Origin: a virus
Taxonomy: Duplodnaviria > Caudoviricetes
Length of the DNA: 64,000 nt
Direction: 5' to 3' (one strand)
Virus record (IMG/VR): IMGVR_UViG_3300042282_000085
In this document: positions 1 through 8,888 of the stretch, in pieces
Layout of the letters: each line of letters opens with the position of its first letter
Numbering within the stretch: position 1 is the first letter of the stretch
Translations under genes and position numbers: made by a program
The notes under the pieces: generated by a model
What the model was told of the DNA's origin: nothing
The model's database searches: none
Seen by the model: the letters and a program-made list of their open reading frames with translations, nothing else

Positions 1-103
1 GCTGCGCTAACTGCGCCTCTATCAGTGCCTGTTCGCCCGGTTGCATGCTGCTGCATCCTGTAGCCACTAGAACTGCGGCAGATACTGCCAATGTACGGTA
101 CAT
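1..103 (-). CDS. Partial lipoprotein (N-terminus only; runs off window)
   Basis: Hand translation MYRTLAVSAAVLVATGCSSMQPGEQALIEAQLAQ: basic N-terminus, hydrophobic core, lipobox ATG-C; AAGGAG SD upstream of ATG at 103. Confidence 0.7.
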   Translation of the reverse strand, partial: MYRTLAVSAAVLVATGCSSMQPGEQALIEAQLAQ

Positions 104-142
104 AGTGACGCTCCTTTGTTATATACGTCTATACGATCGTCC

Positions 143-703
143 CTACCCTAACAGACGCCGCTGCTCATCGGACAGGCTTATTAATGTAGGAGAGGCGACT
201 CCGTCGGGACTATGTAAGTACACTGTATGGTCATCCGCGCTGCGACACTGATAGTAGGTACCTTCTTCTGTTATCTTCGTACGGTACATCATGAACGGTC
301 GGACACCTACGTCAAGCGTCTTACCAGTAGGGGTAAAGCTAAACCCCACTACGTCCACCATCGGCTTATGCATGTAAGTCGATGTGACCACTAACAGAAT
401 GTTGCACTCGTCCACACGGTGCAATGTAACACCCTGTATTTCAGTTTTATACAGAGCCGTTTCACTGTAACCGGTTACGAGACTTTCCGTTTCGCTACAG
501 AACCACTGTCCGTAGACACCTAGCATATCGCCCTGCTCGACTGAACGCAGTAAAGGGCGAATCACGACCACTCCGGCACTATGGTTCAGCCCCTCCTCAA
601 ACAATACCCGCCCTTCGCAGACCGTGCTGGAATATAACAGGTGACGTTTACGTACCTTTAACCATGCACCGTCTTCTTTATAATCATACTCTAAATAGTC
701 CAT
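143..703 (-). CDS. Hypothetical protein
   Basis: 186-aa ORF in a tightly packed minus-strand run; no motif recognised. Confidence 0.6.
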   Translation of the reverse strand: MDYLEYDYKEDGAWLKVRKRHLLYSSTVCEGRVLFEEGLNHSAGVVVIRPLLRSVEQGDMLGVYGQWFCSETESLVTGYSETALYKTEIQGVTLHRVDECNILLVVTSTYMHKPMVDVVGFSFTPTGKTLDVGVRPFMMYRTKITEEGTYYQCRSADDHTVYLHSPDGVASPTLISLSDEQRRLLG

Positions 704-710
704 ACTACCC

Positions 711-1124
711 TCAATGTCGTATCTGAATGACGCTTAACGTACCCTTCGTCCCCTCACGCCGTACCGTAAAGGCACCGCCGTTCCACGTAAAGGTATGGAG
801 TGTATCGTCCCCTATGGTGTGGATGGGACCTCTTTGGCACCGTGTCACTGCTACGGTTCCTTCTCCTACACTGAGGGCGATTAGCTCCACGTCATCTGTA
901 GAGTCATAGTGACCAACGTATATCCCTAACTCATCATAGACGGTGACAGGCAGCGTCTTTATACCCACTACGCCTAATGGTACCCGTACACTGTAGTTCA
1001 CATCCCCCATCACACCGATAAGACGTAAGTGTCCACTAACCCCATCGACTCGTTCCTTCGACACTCCGACGCAGTACTCTACCCGCCCCATAGGCGTCTC
1101 TACTGCCTTTATTACATAACCCAT
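711..1124 (-). CDS. Hypothetical protein
   Basis: 137-aa ORF, GGAGGG SD upstream. Confidence 0.6.
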   Translation of the reverse strand: MGYVIKAVETPMGRVEYCVGVSKERVDGVSGHLRLIGVMGDVNYSVRVPLGVVGIKTLPVTVYDELGIYVGHYDSTDDVELIALSVGEGTVAVTRCQRGPIHTIGDDTLHTFTWNGGAFTVRREGTKGTLSVIQIRH

Positions 1125-1153
1125 ACATTACCCTCCACGTGTAACATAATCCC

Positions 1154-1780
1154 TTAGACGGCCTCAGCGGCCGTTTCCACCATATTGATTCGCAGGGTAT
1201 ACCGATCCCCTAAACAATTAACCAAAAGGTCACGCGCCTCCTCACCCTCAATGGTAAAATCCACCTCAATTGAACCAATATGGGTAATGTCCGAGACTAC
1301 CCCTTCATGTAACTCCCCTCGATGGGATATCAGGTATATGTCCGGTATAACCTCATCCTCACAAACTATCATTAGATAGGTATCCAGTCCGGGGTTACTA
1401 ATATCTACGATCTGGGGTGGCGACTTTGATTCGATCTCTGTACTGGTAACCGACGGTGGGTAGTTACGCACCGGTGCATCTAAGTCCACCCGCGTAATGC
1501 GTTGACCGTGACGTTTATCGTAGCTGTAGATAGAGAACTGGCCACGGCTATACCAGTAGTGCATATAACGATCGTCCTCACACTCGACCAAGGGTACCTC
1601 TATAGGGGTCATGAAGATACGGCGCAGTGTACGTGTAAACCAGTTGCCCCCTATCATGGCTGGTTCGATTCGAAGTACAAATCGTTGGATTAAATGATCT
1701 TTAGGTCCTTCTACTGTCTCAGAATAGATAATAGCTAGACCCTTCTCTGGAGTACCGATCTCTAAAATGACACTGCGCAT
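1154..1780 (-). CDS. Hypothetical protein
   Basis: 208-aa ORF, AAGGA SD upstream. Confidence 0.6.
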   Translation of the reverse strand: MRSVILEIGTPEKGLAIIYSETVEGPKDHLIQRFVLRIEPAMIGGNWFTRTLRRIFMTPIEVPLVECEDDRYMHYWYSRGQFSIYSYDKRHGQRITRVDLDAPVRNYPPSVTSTEIESKSPPQIVDISNPGLDTYLMIVCEDEVIPDIYLISHRGELHEGVVSDITHIGSIEVDFTIEGEEARDLLVNCLGDRYTLRINMVETAAEAV

Positions 1781-1799
1781 GGTTACATTTCCTTTATTA

Positions 1800-2345
1800 A
1801 AGACTCTATCTGATTCTTACCATGTACACTTTTTAACCAGAATATAGAGCATATACCCCAAACCCCAATGTTTACAGGGGTCTGGTTTCTTAAGTGCTTG
1901 ATTTTAAAGGGATTTTCGAAAATCCAGAGTTGTAAGGCCCCTCTCCCCCTTCCGGTCGTCTCTCCTGGTTCGTGTCTCGCTTTCCAGCTCGCCCCTCCCA
2001 GGGCGAGCCTGGAAGTGGTTGAGGTCTTTTTTTCTCTCTAAAAAATACATACGTCTTGTGAAAATTCACAAGACTTGTAAAATAGTCAATAAAATCAGAG
2101 GTAGGAGGAACGACTACCGATAACAGTAATTAGCCCTACACCCTTTTAGGGGGTGTAGGGTTTTACAGGTTTGAATAGAGGGTACTCTGTAGTAGAGTAC
2201 ACTGTACACTAGAATGCAGTAGACATAAACACCAGTAGCCCAGCGAAGCGTTACACCTAACCCAGCGTAAGCTAAATTGGCCTTACCGGCCTGAGGTCAC
2301 AAAAATGGGTGGCGCGCGCGGCACCGATTATTTTACTATAGTAAG
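1800..2345. other. Long non-coding region dense in palindromes/hairpins (candidate origin or packaging/regulatory locus)
   Basis: No ORF >=60 aa. GGATTTTCGAAAATCC (1910-1925); hairpins at 1978-2017, 2053-2074, 2133-2161 and 2182-2200; TTACTATAGTAA (2333-2344). Confidence 0.5.
1891..1903 (-). promoter_or_regulatory. IHF-consensus site
   Basis: Reverse complement AATCAAGCACTTA matches WATCAANNNNTTR exactly; binding not demonstrated. Confidence 0.4.
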
Positions 2346-2355
2346 AATGTACAAT

Positions 2356-2403
2356 AAAAAAAAAAATAGATAGTCCCTACCCACCCATAAGGGCAGGTAG
2401 GGA
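2356..2403 (-). terminator. Hairpin plus U-tract terminator ending the early operon 6130->2410
   Basis: Stem TCCCTAC...GTAGGGA (2374-2403), then U11 on the minus strand (A11 at 2356-2366). Confidence 0.75.
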
Positions 2404-2409
2404 TAATAG

Positions 2410-3216
2410 TTAGCGCTTACTGAACCACTCTTTAAGGGTCAACTCACCGCCACACTTGATCTTGTGGTACAGGTAGTCTTCCAGTATGATCTCGGTCCAA
2501 CGCTCACAGTCGAACTCATCCAGAATATCCTGAGGATCCATGAAGCCATTGAATACCAACTCATCCTCAGCGGTCGTCCACTCCTCAGTCGTCACCGAGA
2601 TAAGGATAGGACAGCCAAGGTGAACGGCTTCAACACCGCCTTCAGCTGCAATCTTATTGCGCATATGAACGGACTTTACCTTGAAGCCCAGTACCGATGC
2701 AATCTGTCCATGCCAGCCACTATCGGTCTTCTGATAATAGCCAAAGCCACCCTCTACAAACTCACCGGCATTGACCTCAGCCGTCGGTACCAACTCTTCC
2801 ATCAACTCACGCATGATAGCCTGATGGTAAGTGGTGTCCCAATCTAGCCGCTCAGAACGACCATTACTCCAGGCCAAATCGGACATATCAATGTGGCCGC
2901 CCAGACCTACGGAGTGCTTGCCCAGCAGGCGATCTTCCCCAATGCCTTTAGTGCGCTGGTAGGTAAAGAGCTTACCGTTGCACTCTACGAGGACATAGGG
3001 GAGAACCTGACGGTAGTTAGGATTAACCTCTAGTCCAGCCCGCTGGCCGATAAAGATGTCACCCCCCTCTACAGTAAAGGGGACCAGGTTCGTATTGTCC
3101 GCTTTAGGGACGATGTTAGCCGGTACAGCGAAAATATGTTCTTGATGTTTCATGACGTGTCCTTTTATGGAAAATGAAGTTATTTTCAGCTCGTACATTA
3201 GGGCAATGCCTACCAT
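2410..3216 (-). CDS. Nudix-family phosphoesterase-like protein (true start probably MKHQ at 3153)
   Basis: QVLPYVLV...YQR...E.RL.GK.SVGLGGHID...RELMEEL, a Nudix-box-like signature. Confidence 0.75.
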   Translation of the reverse strand: MVGIALMYELKITSFSIKGHVMKHQEHIFAVPANIVPKADNTNLVPFTVEGGDIFIGQRAGLEVNPNYRQVLPYVLVECNGKLFTYQRTKGIGEDRLLGKHSVGLGGHIDMSDLAWSNGRSERLDWDTTYHQAIMRELMEELVPTAEVNAGEFVEGGFGYYQKTDSGWHGQIASVLGFKVKSVHMRNKIAAEGGVEAVHLGCPILISVTTEEWTTAEDELVFNGFMDPQDILDEFDCERWTEIILEDYLYHKIKCGGELTLKEWFSKR

Positions 3217-3253
3217 ACGTTCAGTAGGCGTACAGTGTTTTAGTTACTTGTTT

Positions 3254-4342
3254 TCAATGGCCCATGTAGCCAAACCCTTTGACTCTATGGTTAAGGTCCA
3301 TTGAGGTGGAGGTAGCTTCAGCCAACGTAGCGGTGGTAAGGTCAACCGGCGGAAGACCCATGTGGGTGCGTACACGTGTCACCTCCTCACCCTCCAGTGG
3401 TCTAAATTTCAAAATGCCGTAGCATCGACCCGGCCGCAGTAGGGCCGAGTCTACCTTACTGGTACTCTCCAGGTTGGTGGATATAATGATTTTAGCGCGC
3501 GTACTCACAAGTCCGTCCGCACCATTCAGTAGGGTCGACATAAGGACATTGCCTTCTGTACGGGTGCGCACAAATGCATCAGCATCCTCCATTATCAATA
3601 GTCCCACCTCATCGTCCTGCATGTCCTCTGCAAGTTTAGTGCTCACGCCGGGGTGCTCCAATACCGCGGCGTCCTGATATAGGCTGACATTCTCTACGCC
3701 CTGCCTGGCTGCCGCCATGGTTAACCCTTTGATGTAGCTGGTTTTGCCGGTACCCGGAGGGCCAATGATAAAGAGTACGTTGGAGGTCGACCCCATAAAG
3801 GCGGCCATCAAATCCTCCGGTGACTGGTCCAGATACGGATAATGTTCCGCTTTAAAGGTGGGAACACTATCCTCCGTCAAGGGTAGTGCCTTGCTAGTGA
3901 TGCCACGGGCGCTAACACGGTAGACGTTGACCATTACCTGTGTGGCGAGTGTGAAACAACTATTCATCATCTCCAGGTATTTTTTCTCCCACTCATCGTC
4001 TATGACTCCAACGACGGTTAACGTCCCGTGAGTATTTTCCCGTACGCAAATGCGGCCAACCAGTTCATTAGGGTCGTCCCGATTATAGAGGACGACTGTG
4101 CGAGGTCCATAAATGGCCGCCCCCATCGTCATGCACTGATTATCGATTGCCCGTGCCAATGCCCCCAGCGCACCCGTAAGGGTATCAGGCGACTCACCCG
4201 TAGTAATGCGGTGTCGGTGCAGGATGGGGCAGATCCCCATGTTGTAGAGGCGGGCATCCAAAAAGATCTCGGGATACTGTTTATCGTTTGCCATAGCGGC
4301 CTCTTGTGCGATTTTCTCTACCAGCACGTTGCGTTTTAACAT
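3254..4342 (-). CDS. AAA+ ATPase
   Basis: Walker A GPPGTGKT, Walker B LLIMEDAD, sensor STN, SRH DSALLRPGR. Confidence 0.9.
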   Translation of the reverse strand: MLKRNVLVEKIAQEAAMANDKQYPEIFLDARLYNMGICPILHRHRITTGESPDTLTGALGALARAIDNQCMTMGAAIYGPRTVVLYNRDDPNELVGRICVRENTHGTLTVVGVIDDEWEKKYLEMMNSCFTLATQVMVNVYRVSARGITSKALPLTEDSVPTFKAEHYPYLDQSPEDLMAAFMGSTSNVLFIIGPPGTGKTSYIKGLTMAAARQGVENVSLYQDAAVLEHPGVSTKLAEDMQDDEVGLLIMEDADAFVRTRTEGNVLMSTLLNGADGLVSTRAKIIISTNLESTSKVDSALLRPGRCYGILKFRPLEGEEVTRVRTHMGLPPVDLTTATLAEATSTSMDLNHRVKGFGYMGH

Positions 4343-4387
4343 ATAGACTCCTCACCTATGTATTGGGTATTTTACAGAATGCGCCAT

Positions 4388-5041
4388 TTACTCATCAGCG
4401 ATTGATGAGCAGCTACACATTCCACCACACGCGAAGCATACGGGGGAGAACATGAGTTGCCCACGGTAAGCCTTGAGCTCTCTATACGTTTCACGTATAT
4501 CTGCCAGGGCGGTGTGGGCGTAAACTTTATCGATGGGCTTAAGTAGACCCGGGAAGGCGTACTTGAAGCCCGATACGTCCACCATCTGGTAATGCAGGTA
4601 TGAATCCAACGTGGGCATTTGGTGGCGAATAAAGTCCCGATCAAAGCCGATGCTGTTGCCCGTCAGTACACCGTTATTGTCTGGATTATCCCGATTGAAC
4701 TGGGTAATCCCCTGCTCTTTCAGGAACTGAATGAGTTGCTCCTCTGCGTCCTTCAGAGTAGTATTGGACTGCTGACATTTCTCCAGTAAGCCACTTTTGG
4801 TGTGTTGCTCCAGTGCCCAAGGGTGGAGCTTGGCAATGTCATCACTGGAGGCATGTATCGCTACCTCAAAGACGTTAACCTTTTCGATGTCCTCGGACAT
4901 TTCCAGGTCGGTGACAAAGCAGGCTACCTCCAAGATTGGATAAGTAGCTGCCCCATAGAAGCCTCCCTCCTGATAGCCGCTCAGACCACCCGTTTCCATA
5001 TCCAGCCAAACCAACTTACGTTTATAAAGATTCTCTAACAC
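4388..5041 (-). CDS. orn: Oligoribonuclease (DEDDh)
   Basis: WLDMETGGL, ILEVA, HTKSGL, GNSIGFDRDFI, HYQMVDVS, HTALADIRET. Confidence 0.85.
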   Translation of the reverse strand: MLENLYKRKLVWLDMETGGLSGYQEGGFYGAATYPILEVACFVTDLEMSEDIEKVNVFEVAIHASSDDIAKLHPWALEQHTKSGLLEKCQQSNTTLKDAEEQLIQFLKEQGITQFNRDNPDNNGVLTGNSIGFDRDFIRHQMPTLDSYLHYQMVDVSGFKYAFPGLLKPIDKVYAHTALADIRETYRELKAYRGQLMFSPVCFACGGMCSCSSIADE

Positions 5042-5042
5042 C

Positions 5043-5432
5043 TTAATATCCTCTCACCGTTATTGGTATCTGCTTATCTGTATCCAAGATAACAATCTCA
5101 GGTACCTCTGACTCTGTTAGAATCGCCCTTACACCGTTTGCGTGCCACTCAACCGGATCATCCGGATGCACGTAGTTACAGTCAGCTTTACGACACGCCC
5201 ATCCAATGTACCGTAAAGTTAAAGTTTCTGTTACAGTGTCCCCTATCCACCATGTGCCTTCCGCATCCACCATCCAGTAACTGTCTGTGTAATCTGCGAT
5301 TGGATAACTATACACTGACCGACCTAGTAGTCCAGCAAACAGGTTACGCCGTATACGGTGGTATTCCGCCATAGCGCGGGTAACACCAGTCGATCGTACA
5401 GCGTTAACATAACGACCATCTTTGATATACAT
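5043..5432 (-). CDS. Hypothetical protein
   Basis: 129-aa ORF abutting orn. Confidence 0.6.
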   Translation of the reverse strand: MYIKDGRYVNAVRSTGVTRAMAEYHRIRRNLFAGLLGRSVYSYPIADYTDSYWMVDAEGTWWIGDTVTETLTLRYIGWACRKADCNYVHPDDPVEWHANGVRAILTESEVPEIVILDTDKQIPITVRGY

Positions 5433-5442
5433 GCTAACCCCC

Positions 5443-5559
5443 TTATAATGGAAGGCGATCTACGGCATCTGCCAGGCCGTACATTGCAATTATAAAGAGT
5501 AAGACAAACAGTGCCTTGACAGATTCCGGGACACGTGAAACGAGTCGTTTAACGTTCAT
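5443..5559 (-). CDS. Small single-TM membrane protein (38 aa; not in ORF track)
   Basis: MNVKRLVSRVPESVKALFVLLFIIAMYGLADAVDRLPL; AAGGAG SD. Confidence 0.6.
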   Translation of the reverse strand: MNVKRLVSRVPESVKALFVLLFIIAMYGLADAVDRLPL

Positions 5560-5692
5560 TCGTCTCTCCTTTAACAATCCTGCGCTGCATGCGCTTTAAA
5601 CGAAAGCACAGGTCGGAATGTGACCCCTGTGCCATTAACACCTCACGCGCTTCCCGCAGGAGGGCGATCAGTTCTTTTTGGTCCTTCGGCAT
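5549..5692 (-). CDS. Small protein (47 aa; not in ORF track)
   Basis: MPKDQKELIALLREAREVLMAQGSHSDLCFRLKRMQRRIVKGETNER; GAGGAGG SD; fills the gap between neighbours. Confidence 0.6.
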   Translation of the reverse strand: MPKDQKELIALLREAREVLMAQGSHSDLCFRLKRMQRRIVKGETNER

Positions 5693-5871
5693 TTTGCAGC
5701 CTCCTCTAAATTGTCTAACCACCAGTCATAGCGCAGCTGTAGCAAATCCACCTCATGCTGTACCATTGAGGTGACGTCACCACCTAAATAAATAACTCTG
5801 TCACCGTCCACTCCACAATGTAAGCGGTGGAGGTCTTCTTTTAACGTGACAGGTAGATCTACGTTACGCAC
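5668..5871 (-). CDS. Small hypothetical protein
   Basis: GTG start with AAGGAG SD. Confidence 0.55.
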   Translation of the reverse strand: MRNVDLPVTLKEDLHRLHCGVDGDRVIYLGGDVTSMVQHEVDLLQLRYDWWLDNLEEAAKCRRTKKN

Positions 5872-6129
5872 ACCCTATCTCCTTAATCTGTATCATATGT
5901 TACTCCGTTAGTGACACGCTGACCGTTTAGCCATTACGGTAAGCTCCTTGATCCGTCCGCCCCCGGCCAAGGGGCGGACCCCTATGCCCTTACTCGATAT
6001 CCTATGTAAGTGTCCTGCATCATTTACATTTCCTTTTCGTTTAGAGGACATGTCGTTGAGATGTCCTCTCTTTTTATATACCTCACTGGCGTCCGTTAGG
6101 GACGCACTTTATGCCGCCTATACGTATCG

Positions 6130-6139
6130 GTAATATAGG
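6130..6139 (-). promoter_or_regulatory. Early (vRNAP) promoter CCTATATTAC
   Basis: Contains the phiKZ early-promoter core TATATTAC; the same 10-mer precedes four minus-strand accessory operons. Confidence 0.75.
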
Positions 6140-6208
6140 TTTACGTTAATATTCAAAAGCAGTTACTTAGGCCGATGCTATAGATTCCCTTAAGTACCAA
6201 GGTAGACT

Positions 6209-7996
6209 ATGAACACATTACTTATGCAAAATGACGCTGTCGCCCAGGCGAAGTCTACACTGTCTAGGCTCCACGCGGCAGTAGGTCGTACCAGTACCCT
6301 ATCCCTCAGTGGCGCGTTAGTACCACGCGTGGTACTGGCAAAACTGGTATCCCGTCTCAAAGGGTTAAAACTTTTGCCCTGCCCTGAACTCGAAACCCAT
6401 TTAGTCGCCATCGGTAATGGTATCGATAAAGAAGCCCTTTATACCGTACCCTATATCGGTGCCCGTGTTACAGTAGAGCTCTATGGCATACTGGAAATCA
6501 GTGAGCGCATTGAGACTCTACTGGCTAATAAACAGTCTGCTACCGATAACCGATGGTATTTGCCCATTGGCCGACTCCACCCGCTATCCGTTGAGGTGTG
6601 GATCTACACAGACGTCGAGAACCGTGTACGCGTAGAGTACGTAGACGGGGAGACACGTACGCCGTTTAATGGGACGTTAGGTGACTGGTGTAAGACCATT
6701 TCACCGGCACCACCCACGACATCCAATGTACTGCCGCCTCACCCGACTGGTTCACCTGCGATGGAAGCACGGGGTGAGTCCACCTATGTGAATATAAAAG
6801 CGGTGTACGATGAGTATTGTAAGTCGGTAACCTTCGACCGACGATGGGGTAAGCTCACCCTAACGACGATTCGGGCCTTTGAAGGTCGTGATGAGGAACA
6901 CATTAATTTCCTAGGGGGAAATCTGGTAGGTGTTTATCGGTTACACTGGCGTGCCGATGATGCATCAGAGTGGTATGAGCGACTGCGTATCGATGACGTA
7001 CGTAGCCTGAAACAGGATTTCCACGACCTTCCGACCATTAACCCTGACTTCCATGTCGTGGGGAACCCGATAAACGCAAGTTTCCTATACGCAGTGCACC
7101 GGGTACTGACCGGTGATCTACCCGAACGCGAGCGTACAGAGGTTGCGGTGGCAATCCTTGCACACATGCATTACCAGTTCCTATCCTCCCTACTGTACCA
7201 CCAATTCCCGTACCGGGCACAAGAGGCGATTGCACTGGCACTGTATGACTCTTTGAGTCGTAAATCTATGCTGAAGCAGTACCATACCTGGGGTAACCTT
7301 GTACGGGCGCGGTCGGAAGACATTATCAGTAAGGGTAGCATTCATTACCAGACCCTAATTGACTTTTCAGATGACGAGAAGATCATTTACGCTATCAGTG
7401 ACATCCAGTCTCGTATCCGTGAGGTCGTTAAGAAGTTAAAGTCTGAGTACATGCGTCTACGGGATCAGGATGCACGGGTCATGTCACAGGGCTCTACCTT
7501 AGTGACCCGAGAGGGTGAGACGGTGTTGCGGGAGTTTGAGAATAAAGCCGCCGGGCTGCAACGTGCGCTTAAGGATATCATACTGGATCCCCAGGACCTT
7601 ATTCGCAATGAGGTGCTAGAGAGTACCTTGAAGATGGTCACTACCGCAGATGAACGGTATCTGCGTACCGCACTCCTTTATCTATCCGACGCGATGGGTA
7701 GCAAGGAACGGGCCTCCGTTGAGGCCTTGGTCGATGCGTTAGTAATCTTTATCCAGGGGTATTTGCGTCGTGCACCGGCTAGTGAACGTACCCTTATTCA
7801 TGTGGTCATGAAAGTGCGTAACCTGATGCGCTCCTCACAGCTTGCCGCCTCGGACGCCATTGCCTTACGTAGCCTGACGGCCGATCTTATAGAAAAGGCA
7901 TTGGAAAAACGTAACACTACGGTGCAGGCCTCTACCCGTATTGCAGTCTTAGTTTACCTAACCATTCGCCTACTCACCCTTAATCATTTCAAATAA
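6209..7996 (+). CDS. Conserved phiKZ-like (probable virion) protein with an apparent N-terminal extension
   Basis: C-terminal ~400 aa carry HINFLGGNLVGV, a motif I recall from phiKZ-like phages; Pro-rich linker near aa 165-182. Confidence 0.6.
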   Translation: MNTLLMQNDAVAQAKSTLSRLHAAVGRTSTLSLSGALVPRVVLAKLVSRLKGLKLLPCPELETHLVAIGNGIDKEALYTVPYIGARVTVELYGILEISERIETLLANKQSATDNRWYLPIGRLHPLSVEVWIYTDVENRVRVEYVDGETRTPFNGTLGDWCKTISPAPPTTSNVLPPHPTGSPAMEARGESTYVNIKAVYDEYCKSVTFDRRWGKLTLTTIRAFEGRDEEHINFLGGNLVGVYRLHWRADDASEWYERLRIDDVRSLKQDFHDLPTINPDFHVVGNPINASFLYAVHRVLTGDLPERERTEVAVAILAHMHYQFLSSLLYHQFPYRAQEAIALALYDSLSRKSMLKQYHTWGNLVRARSEDIISKGSIHYQTLIDFSDDEKIIYAISDIQSRIREVVKKLKSEYMRLRDQDARVMSQGSTLVTREGETVLREFENKAAGLQRALKDIILDPQDLIRNEVLESTLKMVTTADERYLRTALLYLSDAMGSKERASVEALVDALVIFIQGYLRRAPASERTLIHVVMKVRNLMRSSQLAASDAIALRSLTADLIEKALEKRNTTVQASTRIAVLVYLTIRLLTLNHFK

Positions 7997-8007
7997 GAGT
8001 ATCCCTC

Positions 8008-8379
8008 ATGAGTTGTTTACCGGATAAATGTCTCTGTAATAAGACCTCCCTTACGGCATTGCTGGATCCCGGCAAAATCGACAGTGAAAACTTCGCCTAT
8101 ACCCTGACCTGTGCCTTAACTGACTTCAATAACACCATCATGGAAGTGAAGCCTCTCCCCCAGTCGGTGAATGAGGCGAATCTTCATACCACAATTGTAG
8201 AGCTGTTGAAACCCACGCTGAATGCCCATAACTGGGACATCAGTGTAGAGGTGGCAGGCCCATATAGCTGGGCTGTAACCACTTGGCCCCTTCAGGCGGT
8301 TACAGAAGAAGGGTGCCTGTGTCAGCTTTCGTGGGACGTTAACCTTATCTGTATTAAACGGGTGAAGAAAAATACATGA
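8008..8379 (+). CDS. Hypothetical protein
   Basis: 123 aa; ATGA overlap with the next gene. Confidence 0.6.
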   Translation: MSCLPDKCLCNKTSLTALLDPGKIDSENFAYTLTCALTDFNNTIMEVKPLPQSVNEANLHTTIVELLKPTLNAHNWDISVEVAGPYSWAVTTWPLQAVTEEGCLCQLSWDVNLICIKRVKKNT

Positions 8380-8846
8380 TCTCGACTAAATGGACAGAGC
8401 GATTTGTGGAGCTAAGTCGTCACGTCGCTACCTGGTCAAAGGACCCCTCAACGCAGGTAGGCGCACTGTTAGTGAACATGGATAAGAATGTACTGGCGTT
8501 GGGGTACAATGGGTTTCCACGGGGGATGGATGATACTCCAGCCTTTTACCATGACCGGGCTTTTAAGTACAAACACATCTTGCATGCAGAAACGAATGCC
8601 TGTTTAAATGCACTCTCCAGTGGCAGCCGGGTAGAGGAAAGCATTCTGTTTGTAACCCACCCGCCGTGTACCCATTGCACAGGGGTAATCAAACAGGCCG
8701 GTGTCGTTGCCTGCATCTTTCCAATGCCCGATGATGACTTCCTCAGTCGCTGGCCGTTAGACGACACGATTGATCACTTCAAGCGCGTGAAGTTAGGGCT
8801 GGCAATGTGGGATGGTTATAACCTGGTATGGCTACACAGCATATAA
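8376..8846 (+). CDS. dCMP deaminase
   Basis: SKDPSTQVGA, GYNGFPRG, HAE and PCTHC zinc motifs. Confidence 0.92.
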   Translation: MISTKWTERFVELSRHVATWSKDPSTQVGALLVNMDKNVLALGYNGFPRGMDDTPAFYHDRAFKYKHILHAETNACLNALSSGSRVEESILFVTHPPCTHCTGVIKQAGVVACIFPMPDDDFLSRWPLDDTIDHFKRVKLGLAMWDGYNLVWLHSI

Positions 8847-8850
8847 CACG

Positions 8851-8884
8851 AATACTCCACTCCCCACCCGGGGAGTGGAGTATT
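8851..8884. terminator. Bidirectional hairpin between convergent genes
   Basis: AATACTCCACTCCCC-ACCC-GGGGAGTGGAGTATT, 15-bp stem. Confidence 0.75.
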
Positions 8885-8888
8885 ATTA

